Of a DNA stretch of 64,000 nt, positions 29,167 to 39,232 are shown piece by piece. Position 1 is the first letter of the stretch. Each line of letters opens with the position of its first letter. Source of the stretch: an uncultured Candidatus Binatia bacterium (GTDB taxonomy: Bacteria; Desulfobacterota; Binatia; UBA9968; JAJDTQ01); contig OZ241976.1 in assembly GCA_965204205.1 (NCBI GenBank), positions 2,343,333 to 2,407,332 on the forward strand, given 5' to 3'. The translations under genes and the position numbers were made by a program. The notes below the pieces were generated by a model. The model saw nothing but the letters and a program-made list of their open reading frames with translations. It was not told the DNA's origin and made no database searches.

Positions 29167-30318
29167 TCAGCCGCGGAGCTTCGGGACATTGGCGAGCGAC
29201 AGCACGAGCTGTACCAACTCCATCTGCCGGGATATCCGGTGCTTTTCGAAGATTCGTTTGATGTGCCAACGGACGGTGTTTTCGCTCCGCCCCACGGCAT
29301 CCGCGATGCTGCGGATGGTGTTTCCCTCGGCCAACAAGACCGCAACGCGGCTTTCGGCCGGTGTGAGGTCCAGTGTGGCCGCGACCAGTCTCGGATCGAT
29401 GGGTGCCCGATTGAGCGGATCGACCACCAACACGAGCGCGGCAACGTGCCTGGGGAACAAGTCCATCCGTCCTCCGTTCGTGGGGGTGACGTGCAACACG
29501 AGCCGCGGCGAAAGAAGCGAGCGTGTCACCACCATCGACCCGCCAATGCGCTGAACGCCGAAGGGCGGGAGCGCGCGTGCCAAAAGCTCCTGGAGGCGGA
29601 CGTCGTCTTCCGCCGAGGAGGCGTGCAGGAAACCGCCCTGGTCGGCCAACCCGTCGCCTCTGCGCAGGAGGTCAAGGGCATAGTCGTTGACCGCCACGAT
29701 CCGTCCACGCCGGGCAAGTTGAATGACGCCGACCCTCATGTCCTCAAGCAGCGCGGCGTGTGACGAGCCCAGCGCATTGGCATCCACGAGCGCCTGTCTG
29801 GCGCGCACGAATTGACGAAGGTGGGGCAGAAGGCCCTTGATCGTCCGGACCTGAGAGGACGACCAGCCGTCCGGCTCCACGGGATCGGCGATTCCCCAGC
29901 CGATGTGGGACCCGCCCGGGCCATCGAGACGCACGCTGAGGCTGTTCCGAGCCTCAAAGAGGGGCAGCACCTCGTTGTATACGATCGATGTCCTTGCCTC
30001 CTGGGCGGTGAAGAGCGAGGAGACGTGTACCAGTTGGCTGTCCGGCCGATGTTGCATGCGTGGAATGCGTTCATCCACGGACCAGTAGAACTTGAAGTAA
30101 AGACGCTCGAAGTCTTGGTGGCGTTTCCCCTGGCTGCAATATCGAGAAAGGAGGATGTCGAAGTCACGTTGAGTTGTTCCCTGGGCCAAGAACAGAAAGT
30201 TGCCCTTTGCGCCGCAGGCTTCATCGATGAGGGCACCGGTTGCAGGCCATTGGGAATCGTCGAACACCGCTTCGTGAAACGACACCAGGATTCGCTGCAT
30301 CAGGTCTTGTCGACCCAT
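29167..30318 (-). CDS. LuxR-family transcriptional regulator with large N-terminal sensor domain
   Basis: C-terminal HTH LTPAESRVAVLLAEGNTIRSIADAVGRSENTVRWHIKRIF. Start at MGRQDLM with a GGAG RBS. Confidence 0.75.
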   Translation of the reverse strand: MGRQDLMQRILVSFHEAVFDDSQWPATGALIDEACGAKGNFLFLAQGTTQRDFDILLSRYCSQGKRHQDFERLYFKFYWSVDERIPRMQHRPDSQLVHVSSLFTAQEARTSIVYNEVLPLFEARNSLSVRLDGPGGSHIGWGIADPVEPDGWSSSQVRTIKGLLPHLRQFVRARQALVDANALGSSHAALLEDMRVGVIQLARRGRIVAVNDYALDLLRRGDGLADQGGFLHASSAEDDVRLQELLARALPPFGVQRIGGSMVVTRSLLSPRLVLHVTPTNGGRMDLFPRHVAALVLVVDPLNRAPIDPRLVAATLDLTPAESRVAVLLAEGNTIRSIADAVGRSENTVRWHIKRIFEKHRISRQMELVQLVLSLANVPKLRG

Positions 30319-30388
30319 AACGCTCTCCGTTCCGAAGACCGCACTCTGTAACCGCCATACACCATAATGGACGTCGGCTCCTACGCCC

Positions 30389-31588
30389 CTACCACGCTCC
30401 TTCAAGCACCCGCAGCACTTCTTCGGGATCGGTCACGGTCCTGGGGTTGTAGATGATGTTGGGAGACACGACGACCTTCCGGGCGATGTCCGGAAGATCG
30501 TCGCGGCTTATGCCCACGTCCCGCAGCCGGGTAGGCAGGTCCAGGTCTCGGACCAGGCCGGCCACGGCCGCCCGCGCGCTCTCGGCCAACTCGTCGTCGC
30601 CAACCCCTTCGGCTGCCAACGCCCGTCCGAGAGCGGCCTGGGAAGACACGCTTACGGAACGGTTGAAGTCCATGACGTGGGGCAGCATGACGCAGGAGGT
30701 GTGGCCGTGGGCGACGCCATAGGCGCCGAGTTGCCAGCCGATGACTTGTGACAGGCCCTTGTGGACGCCGCGCCCGTGGAAACCCACGCCCACCAGCGCC
30801 TCGTGGCACCGGGTGAAGGCTTCCAGATCCTCCGGGTTGTCCTTGCAGCGCGGCAGGTGGCGGTAGAGCAACTCGCCGGCCTTGAGGCACATGTTGTCAA
30901 CCACCGGGTTGCGGTCCACGGTATAGAGCTTCTCCACCACGTGCTCCATGGCCTTGAGGCCAGTGGCGCACCAAAGGCCGGGCGGGGTGGACGAAGCGAT
31001 GGCCGCGTCGAGGATCACCGCCCTGGGCACAAGGTCCGGGTGCCGCACGTGGTCCTTGAACTTGCGCTCCGGCCGGTTGATGGTCACCGACCAGGTCGCC
31101 TCCGACGCCGACAGGGTGGTAGGAATCGCCACCTGGGGAACGGGCGGACGAGGCAGGGCGGCCAGCCGCTGGTTGTCCGGCGAAGCCACGTAGCCGTCCA
31201 GCTCCTTTATCGACTCGAGGCCCTGGGCAAGGATGAACGCCACCGCCTTGCCCCAATCCGCCACGCTGCCGCCGCCGACGGTGACGATGACGTCGGGCTC
31301 GACATCCCGCGCTTGGCGGGCGGTGTCGAAGCACAACCAGTCGGGGGTGAACTCCGCGCTATCACTGCGGACTGCCGCCACCATGCCGCCCAACCCGTCG
31401 ACGATCCGGTCCACCCAGGGGGTGCGCTTCTTGAGAGAGCCGCTGGTGAGGAGCAGCACCCGGCTGCACCCCAAACCCTCAAGCACTCCTCTCAGCCGCT
31501 CATGGGAGCCCGCGCCCCAGATCACGTGGTCGGGGACCGCGGCTCGGTCGCGCCACTCGCCCTGAAGATCGTCGAGCGCCGTCGTCAT
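30389..31588 (-). CDS. Iron-containing alcohol dehydrogenase family protein (maleylacetate reductase-like)
   Basis: GGGS dinucleotide motif VTVGGGSVADWGKA and the His-rich metal site of the Fe-ADH fold. Strong [12 protein letters not shown]. Confidence 0.8.
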   Translation of the reverse strand: MTTALDDLQGEWRDRAAVPDHVIWGAGSHERLRGVLEGLGCSRVLLLTSGSLKKRTPWVDRIVDGLGGMVAAVRSDSAEFTPDWLCFDTARQARDVEPDVIVTVGGGSVADWGKAVAFILAQGLESIKELDGYVASPDNQRLAALPRPPVPQVAIPTTLSASEATWSVTINRPERKFKDHVRHPDLVPRAVILDAAIASSTPPGLWCATGLKAMEHVVEKLYTVDRNPVVDNMCLKAGELLYRHLPRCKDNPEDLEAFTRCHEALVGVGFHGRGVHKGLSQVIGWQLGAYGVAHGHTSCVMLPHVMDFNRSVSVSSQAALGRALAAEGVGDDELAESARAAVAGLVRDLDLPTRLRDVGISRDDLPDIARKVVVSPNIIYNPRTVTDPEEVLRVLEGAW

Positions 31589-31713
31589 GGATGATCCTCC
31601 TCCCGTGGCGTGTTACCACAAATCGCGCGTGCGTGCCCTCTCGCTCCCAGGAAAACCATCGGGCTTGCCAGTCCGGCGCGACTGTGCGAGAAGTGAAGCC
31701 GGAGGGTACGATC

Positions 31714-32844
31714 ATGAGCGACCGAATCATCTCTGCCGACGGACACATGGACCTCTTCTACCTCGACGAGGACACCTTCCGGTCCCGCGCTCCGGCGAAC
31801 CTGAAGGACCGCGTGCCCAACGTGCGCACGGTGGAAGGCAAGCCCACGTGGGTGGGCGACGGCGCGTTGATGGGCGGGCATCGGGCGTGGATGGGCCGAC
31901 AGCCCATGACCAACCACCGCGGTCGTAGAATGCGGGAGGCCGGGTGGGAGCCCACGCACCCTTCGGATCCCGGGCTGCGAGCCAGAGACCTCGACATCGA
32001 CAACATCGCGGCCGAAGTCATCTACGGCATCCGTTTCGTAGAGGACAGCATCAAGGACCCGGACGTGATCACCGCCACCTACCGGGCCTACAACGACTTC
32101 ATTGCCGAGTTCTGCGAGTACGACCCCAACCGCTTCATCGGCATCGCCGACATCCCCGCGCATTCCGCCGACGCCGCGGCGGCGGAGATTCGCCGCATCG
32201 GGAAGAACGGGCTCGGGCTCAAGGGCGCGCTGTTCGACTTCTTCAACGGCCCCGCGTCCATCTGGCACGAGATGTGGGAACCCATGTGGGCCGCGGCCGA
32301 GGAGGAGGAAGTGGCGCTGTCCTTCCATATCGGCGCGGGCCACGGCACCACCACGGTCGGCCCCCGGAGCGCGGAGGAAAAGCTCAGGGGGGATATCCCG
32401 AAGGTTTCCCGGGAAGCCCACGTAGCGGTGGTGGCCATGCAGGCCGACGAGTGTCTCGTGTCGATCATCCTGTGCGGCGCCCTGGAGCGCCATCCCGCCC
32501 TCAAGGTGGTCATGGCGGAAAGCCACATCGGCTGGATCCCCTACGTGCTGGAGCGGCTCGACACCAAGTTCGGGGAAGGCGAGTACGAGGGCCTGATCAG
32601 CACGCCGCCGAGCGCGCTGTTCCGGCGCCAGATGTGGGCCACCTTCCAGGACGACAAGGTCGGCGCCCACCTGGCCGAGGAGTATGCCCCGGAAAACTTC
32701 TGCTGGGCTTCCGACTATCCGCACCGGGACGGGGTCTGGCCCGATTCCCAGGAGTTCATCGCGCACACCATGGGCGGGCTGAGCGAGAAGATGCGCCGGC
32801 GGCTAACCGCGGACAACGTGGCGCGGCTATACGACATCCAATAG
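31714..32844 (+). CDS. Amidohydrolase_2 (PF04909, ACMSD/LigW-like metal-dependent hydrolase or decarboxylase), copy A
   Basis: Starts ISADGHMD (HxH-type metal ligand). TIM-barrel amidohydrolase pattern with a D near the C-terminus. GGAGGG RBS. Confidence 0.8.
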   Translation: MSDRIISADGHMDLFYLDEDTFRSRAPANLKDRVPNVRTVEGKPTWVGDGALMGGHRAWMGRQPMTNHRGRRMREAGWEPTHPSDPGLRARDLDIDNIAAEVIYGIRFVEDSIKDPDVITATYRAYNDFIAEFCEYDPNRFIGIADIPAHSADAAAAEIRRIGKNGLGLKGALFDFFNGPASIWHEMWEPMWAAAEEEEVALSFHIGAGHGTTTVGPRSAEEKLRGDIPKVSREAHVAVVAMQADECLVSIILCGALERHPALKVVMAESHIGWIPYVLERLDTKFGEGEYEGLISTPPSALFRRQMWATFQDDKVGAHLAEEYAPENFCWASDYPHRDGVWPDSQEFIAHTMGGLSEKMRRRLTADNVARLYDIQ

Positions 32845-32856
32845 GGAAGCGGGCGG

Positions 32857-32878
32857 AGGGCGACCGCCGGTCGCCCCT
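32857..32878. repeat. REP-like palindrome GAGGGCGACCGCCGGTCGCCCCT
   Basis: Same family, 3' of the amidohydrolase A stop. Confidence 0.5.
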
Positions 32879-32929
32879 ACGTGGGCGTTTCGGGCGCAGG
32901 TCGAGTTGGCCGAAGGCGTAACCCGACTC

Positions 32930-33556
32930 CTACAGGATCTGGATCTTGGCGCGGTTGTAGGCGGCCACCGACGCGGCCGAAGCGCGGCTGTCAAGATAGT
33001 CGGCGGCATCCAGGCTCCACACCATGGTGTCCCGCACAAGTCCATCCGCGTCGGTCTTGTTGCCGTAGAGCGTCGAACGGTGCACGTAGCCGAGCTTCTC
33101 GGCCACCCGGGCGCTGGCCTCGTTGCGCGGGTCGCAGCGTATCTCCACCCGCTCCACCCGGTTGATCTCGAAGGCCACGCGGGTGAGCGCGGCCGTGGAC
33201 TCGGTGGCCAGCCCCTTGTTGGCGTACGGCCGGGCGATCCAGTAGCCGATCTCCCGCGCGTCCTTGTTCTCCCGCTTGTGCAATCCGGTGCCGCCGACGA
33301 TGCGCACGCCGTCGGCGCCGAAGATGCCGTAGACGAAATCCCGCCGGGAGAGGAAATCGTCACGGAACCGTCGCAGGCGCTCCGTCTTCATTTCCAGGGA
33401 TTCCGGCTCCTGCCGCGCCCAGTCCATCCACGGGCGCAGGTAGTCCAGGTTGTCGTTGATCGCGCGTTGCAGCCGGCTGGCATCGGTGGGATGCCAGCAG
33501 CGGAGGATCAGACGCGGCGTGTGAATGCTGTAGGCCAGTCCCGAGGGGCGAGCCAT
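32930..33556 (-). CDS. GNAT-family N-acetyltransferase (RimJ/RimL-like)
   Basis: Acetyltransf_3-like pattern: LRCW, the acetyl-CoA loop (R/Q)xxGxG/A region and a conserved YxN. Confidence 0.8.
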   Translation of the reverse strand: MARPSGLAYSIHTPRLILRCWHPTDASRLQRAINDNLDYLRPWMDWARQEPESLEMKTERLRRFRDDFLSRRDFVYGIFGADGVRIVGGTGLHKRENKDAREIGYWIARPYANKGLATESTAALTRVAFEINRVERVEIRCDPRNEASARVAEKLGYVHRSTLYGNKTDADGLVRDTMVWSLDAADYLDSRASAASVAAYNRAKIQIL

Positions 33557-33611
33557 CTAGCTGGTGTCCTGCCTCAAGGCCCGCCCCTCGTTGACGGAAA
33601 CGTGGTACCCG

Positions 33612-34646
33612 CTACTTCTTGGCAGCAAAGGTCTTCTTGATGGTCGCCATCAGCTCCGCCGGCAGCTTGGCGATGTTGCCCACGAGCCGTTCCACTTCCT
33701 CGCCGGAGACGGGCGTGATGTCGAACTTGCCTTTCGCCTCGGCCAGGAGCTTGGGGTCCTTGGTGGCGGCGTCGAAGGCGCGGCGCAGGATCATCACCCG
33801 GTCCTTGGGGGTCCCCGGGGGCAGTGAGTACGGCCGGTTGAGGGAGCCGCCGATATCGTGGACCACGGTCTTCATGACCACCCTGCCCTCCTCCGTCTTC
33901 ATCTGGTCGATGCCCAGGGGCACCTTGGTGAGGGCGTAGTGGGGCTTGTCCACGAACTGCATCAGCACGCGCACGTCGCCGCTCGCCAGCGCCGCGGCCC
34001 AGGGGTTCTTGAGTCCTTCCCAGCTCGCGCACACGCCGCCTACCTCGCCCCTCTCCGCCGCCAACCGCACCGGCGCGGTGCCGCCGTACCCCTCGATGAG
34101 CTTGAGGGGAAGGTCCGTGTGCCTGCTCAGGATCATCGGGATGTCCGACATGGTGGAGCCGGGCCGCTGGCCGCCGAACTTGAGCGGCTTCTTGGCCGCG
34201 CTCCACGAGGCCAGGTCGGTGACGCCGCTGCTCTTGTGGGCCATGCACACGTTGTGGATGCGCACCGGCGCGCCGACCCACTCGAAGTTGGCCGCGTCGA
34301 ACTTCACCCCCTTGTCCCCCAGGTACTGCTGCAGGATAAGGCCGCCGATCCACATGCCCATGGTCAGCCCGTCGGGCTTGGCCTTGTTGTACATGTAGTT
34401 GGCGGTGATGCGGCCGCCGGCTCCGGGGCGGTTCTGGACGATCATCGTGGGGTTGCCCGGTATGTGCCTGGGCATGTGCCGCGCCAGCATCCGCGAGTAG
34501 GCGTCGAACCCACCGCCCGGGGAGGCCGCGACCATGATGTGCATGGTCTTGCCGGCGAAAAAGCTGTCGGCGGCATGCGCCGCCGAGGCGGCCATGGCAA
34601 AGGCCGCGAACAGAGCCAACGACGTAAGCGCGAGTTTCCGGGTCAT
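33612..34646 (-). CDS. tctC: Tripartite tricarboxylate transporter substrate-binding protein TctC (Bug family), orphan
   Basis: Signal peptide MTRKLALTSLALFAAFAMAASAAHA. Bug-family length and motifs. AGGAGG RBS. Located about 32 kb from tctAB. Confidence 0.85.
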   Translation of the reverse strand: MTRKLALTSLALFAAFAMAASAAHAADSFFAGKTMHIMVAASPGGGFDAYSRMLARHMPRHIPGNPTMIVQNRPGAGGRITANYMYNKAKPDGLTMGMWIGGLILQQYLGDKGVKFDAANFEWVGAPVRIHNVCMAHKSSGVTDLASWSAAKKPLKFGGQRPGSTMSDIPMILSRHTDLPLKLIEGYGGTAPVRLAAERGEVGGVCASWEGLKNPWAAALASGDVRVLMQFVDKPHYALTKVPLGIDQMKTEEGRVVMKTVVHDIGGSLNRPYSLPPGTPKDRVMILRRAFDAATKDPKLLAEAKGKFDITPVSGEEVERLVGNIAKLPAELMATIKKTFAAKK

Positions 34647-35098
34647 GGGTTCCTCCTGTGTCATCGAGGTTGACGATGTTGGAAACAACAGGTCAAGATT
34701 TCCAACGTATACCACAGGCACCCTATTTCGGTTCAAACGAATTATGAAGGTCTCCCTTTCAAGGCGGTGGTGGAGCCGGCCCCCGGCGATGACGGCAAGC
34801 GCATCCAGGCCGCCATCGACCGGGTGTCGCGGATGGAGCCCGACGCCGGCGGACACCGGGGCGCCGTGCTGCTGCGGAGAGGCAAGTACCAGATCGCCGG
34901 AACGCTTCGGATATCGACGGGTGGCGTGGTGCTGCGCGGAGAGGGACGGGAGCAGGACGGCACCGTGCTGGAAGCCACCGGAAACAGCGTCTCGCGCTCG
35001 TCGTTGAGCCCGTCGCGCAGCCCTGCGCAAGGTCGCTCGAATTGTCGAACAGGGCCCATTCGTCCGCAAGTTGCCGATAGACCTGCCGGAAGTTGCGC

Positions 35099-35500
35099 CT
35101 ACTTCCGCCGCGGCGGGGCGTAGAGCTGCAGCAGGTTGCCGTCGGGGTCGAAGAAGTAGAAGCCGCGGCCGGATCGGCGCTCCACCACCGGGACCTCGTG
35201 GATGCGGACGCCGGCGGCGCGCATTCTCTCCTCGGCGGTGTCGAAGTCATCGCTGTCGACGTAGAAGGCCTGGTGAGTCACGCCGTCTTCGGCCAGGGCG
35301 TCCCGGTCGATGGGCTCGGGGCGCTGGAACAGCACCACGATGCTCTTGCCGGAGCGCATGTCGGCGCGGCCCAGGCCTCGGAGGTCGTCCCGGGCGACAT
35401 TTGCCACCTCCATCCCCAGGACGTCACGGTAGAATGCCACCGCCCGGTCGATGTCGTTGACGGGGATGCCGCTGTGGTAGAGTCCCTTGGTCTTGATCAT
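35099..35500 (-). CDS. VOC/glyoxalase-family protein
   Basis: 133 aa from MIKTKGLYHSGIPV. Glyoxalase-like fold motifs. GGGAGG RBS. Confidence 0.75.
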   Translation of the reverse strand: MIKTKGLYHSGIPVNDIDRAVAFYRDVLGMEVANVARDDLRGLGRADMRSGKSIVVLFQRPEPIDRDALAEDGVTHQAFYVDSDDFDTAEERMRAAGVRIHEVPVVERRSGRGFYFFDPDGNLLQLYAPPRRK

Positions 35501-35620
35501 GTCCGACCTCCCGGCCCCTCGGGGCCTTGACACTCACTTTCAATCGAATCCCGGAGAGAAACGTGCTATGGCAGAGTCTCTGTCATCACAAGTCATAGCA
35601 CCAGCCAGAGGATACCACCG

Positions 35621-36904
35621 ATGAACGATCTGTGCCGACTTTCCGCCAGCGAAGCCGTGAACCTCATCAACCAGGGCAAGGTCACCTCCGAAGAGCTGGT
35701 CCGGGCGTGCCTGGAGCGAATCGAGGAGCGGGAACCGCAGGTGGAAGCCTGGGTCCACCTCGACGCCGAATATTCGTTGGCCCAGGCTCGGGAACGTGAT
35801 CGCGCATCGAGCCGAGGTCCCGTGCACGGCCTGCCGTTCGCGGTCAAGGATATCATGGACACCGCCGACATGCCCACGGGCTACGGCTCGCCCATCTGGG
35901 AGGGCTTCCGGCCCCGGGCGGACGCGGCGTGCGTGGCGCTGACCCGGGCCGCGGGCGGCGTGCTGCTGGGCAAGACCGTCACCGCGGAGTTCGCGAGCCG
36001 CCATCCCGGCAAGACCCGCAACCCCCACGACCCGACCCACACCCCCGGCGGCTCCTCCAGCGGCTCGGCCGCGGCGGTAGGGGACTACATGGCCTACATG
36101 GCCTTCGGCACCCAGACCCTCGGCTCGGTGATCCGGCCGGCGTCCTTCTGCGGCTGCGTGGCGTATAAGCCCACCTACGGCGAGATCAGCGCCGAGGGGG
36201 TCAAGGAGAACACCGGCTCCTTCGACACGGTGGGGCTGTTCGGCCGGGCGGTGGAAGACCTCCCGCTCTTCCGTGCGGCGAACACCGGCGAGCCGGTGCG
36301 GCCCTTGGAGCCGGTTCCCGTCAAGGGCCTCCGGGTGGGGCTATGCCGCACGCCGTTGTGGGACCGGGCGCAGGACTACACCAAGGCGCTGGTGGAAGGC
36401 GCCGCTGCCGACCTCGCCAAGGCGGGGGCGGCGGTTTCGGACGTCGACCTCGGCGGACCGTTCGCCGACTTCGAGGCCACCGGCCGGCGCCTGAGCGACT
36501 ACGAGATCGCGCGCGCCTTGACGTGGGAGCGCACCCACCACTTCGATCTGTTGAGCGAGTACCAGCAGGGCAAGATGAAGGACTGGCCCGTGGTCAGCTA
36601 CGACGAGTACCGGGAGGCGGAGCGGGTCATGGTGGCGTGCCGGGCGCATCTGGACGAGGCATCGAGAGATCTCGACGTGCTGCTGACCCCGAGCGCCACG
36701 GGCGAGGCCCCCGAGGGGCTGGACAGCACCGGCGACACCGCCTTCAACATCCTCGCCACCTGGACCCACGTGCCGTGCGTGACGCTTCCTCTGTTCAAGG
36801 GCCCCTCGGGCCTCCCGGTAGGCTTGCAACTGGTGGGTCACCGCTGTCATGATCACCGCCTGTTCGAGATCAGCCGGGCCGTACACTCGGCGCTGTCCGG
36901 GTAA
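35621..36904 (+). CDS. Amidase (amidase-signature family)
   Basis: Ser-cisSer-Lys signature region GGSSSGSAAAV. 427 aa. AGAGGA RBS. Confidence 0.85.
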   Translation: MNDLCRLSASEAVNLINQGKVTSEELVRACLERIEEREPQVEAWVHLDAEYSLAQARERDRASSRGPVHGLPFAVKDIMDTADMPTGYGSPIWEGFRPRADAACVALTRAAGGVLLGKTVTAEFASRHPGKTRNPHDPTHTPGGSSSGSAAAVGDYMAYMAFGTQTLGSVIRPASFCGCVAYKPTYGEISAEGVKENTGSFDTVGLFGRAVEDLPLFRAANTGEPVRPLEPVPVKGLRVGLCRTPLWDRAQDYTKALVEGAAADLAKAGAAVSDVDLGGPFADFEATGRRLSDYEIARALTWERTHHFDLLSEYQQGKMKDWPVVSYDEYREAERVMVACRAHLDEASRDLDVLLTPSATGEAPEGLDSTGDTAFNILATWTHVPCVTLPLFKGPSGLPVGLQLVGHRCHDHRLFEISRAVHSALSG

Positions 36905-36937
36905 CGGCCCGTAACCCCCAAAGCCGCGGAGGATGCC

Positions 36938-38311
36938 ATGGACCGCCTGAACGCGTTCATCGACTCGGTCAACGCCTTCGCGTGGGGTCCGCCCATGCTG
37001 GGCATGCTGGGGGTGACCGGCGTGCTGCTCACGCTCGGGCTCGTGTTCATGCCCTGGCGCAAGGTCGGCTACGGCTTCCGGCTGTTGTTCGACAAGAGCG
37101 GCGCGGCCGGCGAGGGCGAGGTCAAGCCCTTCAACGCGCTCATGACCGCGCTGTCGGCCACGGTGGGCACCGGCAACATCGCCGGCGTCGCCACCGCCAT
37201 CGCGCTGGGCGGCCCGGGGGCGATCTTCTACATGTGGCTCATCGCGCTCTTCGGCATGGCCACCAAGTACGCGGAGGCGGTGTGCGCGGTCACCTACCGC
37301 GAGGTGGACCGCAACGGCCATCACGTCGGCGGCCCCATGTACTACCTGCGCAACGGCGTGGGCGAATTCGCCCCCGAACTGGGCAAGTGGCTGGGGCTGG
37401 CGTTCGCGGTCTTCGGCGCGGTGGCAGCCTTCGGCATCGGCAACGCGGTGCAGGTCAACTCCATGGCCACGGCGCTGGTGGACAGCTTCGGCGTGCCGAC
37501 GTGGCTCACCGGGGTGATCGTCGCCGCGCTGGTGGCGGTGGTGGTCATCGGCGGCATCCAGCGCATCGGCGAGGTGGCGGGCAAGCTGGTGCCGGCGATG
37601 ATCGTGCTCTACATCGGCGCCGCCCTGCTGATCATCCTCATCAACATCGCCTCGGTGCCGGCAGCCCTCGCGCTGATCTTCACCCACGCCTTCACGCCGG
37701 CCGCGGCGGCCGGAGGTTTCGCCGGGGCGGCGGTGGCGGCGGCCATCCGCTTCGGGGTAGCGCGCGGGGTGTTCTCCAACGAGTCCGGCCTGGGGTCGGC
37801 GGCCATCGCCCACGCGGCGGCCCAGACCAACAGCCCGGTGCGGCAGGGCGTCATCGCCATGCTGGGGACCTTCATCGACACCATCGTGGTCTGCACCATG
37901 ACGGCTCTGGTGATCCTGACCTCCGGGGCCTGGACCCTCACCGGCGCCGACGGCGGCGGCCTCACCGGCGTGGTGCTGACGTCCGCGGGCTTCGAGAGCA
38001 CCGTAACGGGCGGACGCTACATCGTCACCGTGGCGCTGGCGGTCTTCGCCTTCACCACCATCCTCGGCTGGTCCTACTACGGCGAGCGCTGCTGGCAGTA
38101 CCTCTTCAGCGAGAACAGCCTGTTGATCTACCGCGGGCTGTGGGTGCTGGCGGCGCTGACCTTCGCCAACGTCAAGGTGGCCTTCGTCTGGAACCTGTCG
38201 GACACACTCAACGGCCTGATGGCGGTGCCCAACCTTATCGGCCTGTTGCTGCTGGCGCCGATGGTCTTCAAGGTGACCCGGGAGTACTTCGACAAGGCAG
38301 AGAACCGGTAG
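36938..38311 (+). CDS. Alanine/glycine:cation symporter (AGCS family)
   Basis: Conserved AGCS N-terminal block LSATVGTGNIAGVATAI..GGPGA.F.MW. About 11 TM helices. GGAGG RBS. Confidence 0.85.
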   Translation: MDRLNAFIDSVNAFAWGPPMLGMLGVTGVLLTLGLVFMPWRKVGYGFRLLFDKSGAAGEGEVKPFNALMTALSATVGTGNIAGVATAIALGGPGAIFYMWLIALFGMATKYAEAVCAVTYREVDRNGHHVGGPMYYLRNGVGEFAPELGKWLGLAFAVFGAVAAFGIGNAVQVNSMATALVDSFGVPTWLTGVIVAALVAVVVIGGIQRIGEVAGKLVPAMIVLYIGAALLIILINIASVPAALALIFTHAFTPAAAAGGFAGAAVAAAIRFGVARGVFSNESGLGSAAIAHAAAQTNSPVRQGVIAMLGTFIDTIVVCTMTALVILTSGAWTLTGADGGGLTGVVLTSAGFESTVTGGRYIVTVALAVFAFTTILGWSYYGERCWQYLFSENSLLIYRGLWVLAALTFANVKVAFVWNLSDTLNGLMAVPNLIGLLLLAPMVFKVTREYFDKAENR

Positions 38312-38357
38312 CCTCGGCACGGTGAGCTTCTCGAATAGAGAAGGGGCTTGACGCGCA

Positions 38358-39221
38358 TTGTTCCGCCCGACGATATGGGGTCGACTCGTCCTAGTCGCCG
38401 TCCCGGCTATCCTGCTGATGAGCTTTACGGGCTTCCTCGAGAACTTCTTCCTGTACCACCCGCTCCGCAGGATCGACGTCACCCCTGCCGACCACGGCGC
38501 ACCGTTCCGGGATGTGCGCTTCCAGGCCAGGGACGGTGTCCGGCTGCACGGGTGGTACGTGGAACCCCCCGGACCGGACCGCCCGGTGCTGCTCTGGGCG
38601 CACGGCAACGCCGGCAACCTCTCCCACCGGGCCCAAAATATCGCCATGATCCACGAGGAACTGCGCGCGGGAGTCTTCCTGTTCGACTACAGGGGCTTCG
38701 GCCGGAGCGAGGGGAAACCCGGCGAGCCGGGTCTCTATGAGGATGCTTGGGGCGCGTACGCCTGGCTGCGCCGGCGGGTGGCGCCGGAACGGATCTTTCT
38801 TTTCGGGCGTTCTCTCGGCGCGGCCGTGGTGGTTCGCATCGTCGCGGAGGGAGCCGCGGCCCGCGGCCTGATACTCGAAGCACCCTTCGAAAACCTGGTG
38901 ACCATGGGGAAGAGCGTCTTCCCCTTCCTTCCCGTCAGTTGGCTCGTTTCCCAGGAGTTCGACAACGTCAACTATCTTCCCCGGGTGAGGATACCGGTCT
39001 TCATCCTTCACGGGGACGCCGATGGCATCGTCCCCTCCACTCAGGGACAGCGGCTCTTCGAGCTGGCCAATCCGCCCAAGCGCTTCTACCTGATTCCCGG
39101 AGCGGGGCACAACGATACGTGGCTCGCGGGGGGAGGGCCCTACTGGGACGCCTGGCGGTCGTTCACGGCGAACCCCGAGCGCGGAACCTCGGAATCAGAG
39201 CTTCGGCAGCCCGAGCGGTGA
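38358..39221 (+). CDS. Alpha/beta hydrolase (bem46-like, N-terminal TM anchor)
   Basis: GRSLG nucleophile elbow, HGDAD and HN catalytic region. TTG start, uncertain. Confidence 0.65.
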   Translation: MFRPTIWGRLVLVAVPAILLMSFTGFLENFFLYHPLRRIDVTPADHGAPFRDVRFQARDGVRLHGWYVEPPGPDRPVLLWAHGNAGNLSHRAQNIAMIHEELRAGVFLFDYRGFGRSEGKPGEPGLYEDAWGAYAWLRRRVAPERIFLFGRSLGAAVVVRIVAEGAAARGLILEAPFENLVTMGKSVFPFLPVSWLVSQEFDNVNYLPRVRIPVFILHGDADGIVPSTQGQRLFELANPPKRFYLIPGAGHNDTWLAGGGPYWDAWRSFTANPERGTSESELRQPER

Positions 39222-39232
39222 CCTTGCCGCTT

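Noticed and set aside
35071-35460. Overlapping Arg/Pro-rich ORFs between tctC and the VOC gene (for example 35071..35460 plus, 34759..35250 minus)
   Set aside because: They overlap the well-supported VOC gene (35099..35500) or sit in its antisense. Translations are low-complexity.
36341-38647. 768-aa minus-strand ORF
   Set aside because: Antisense to the amidase and the AGCS symporter, both with strong motif support and RBSs. Translation is Arg/Gly/His-rich low complexity.
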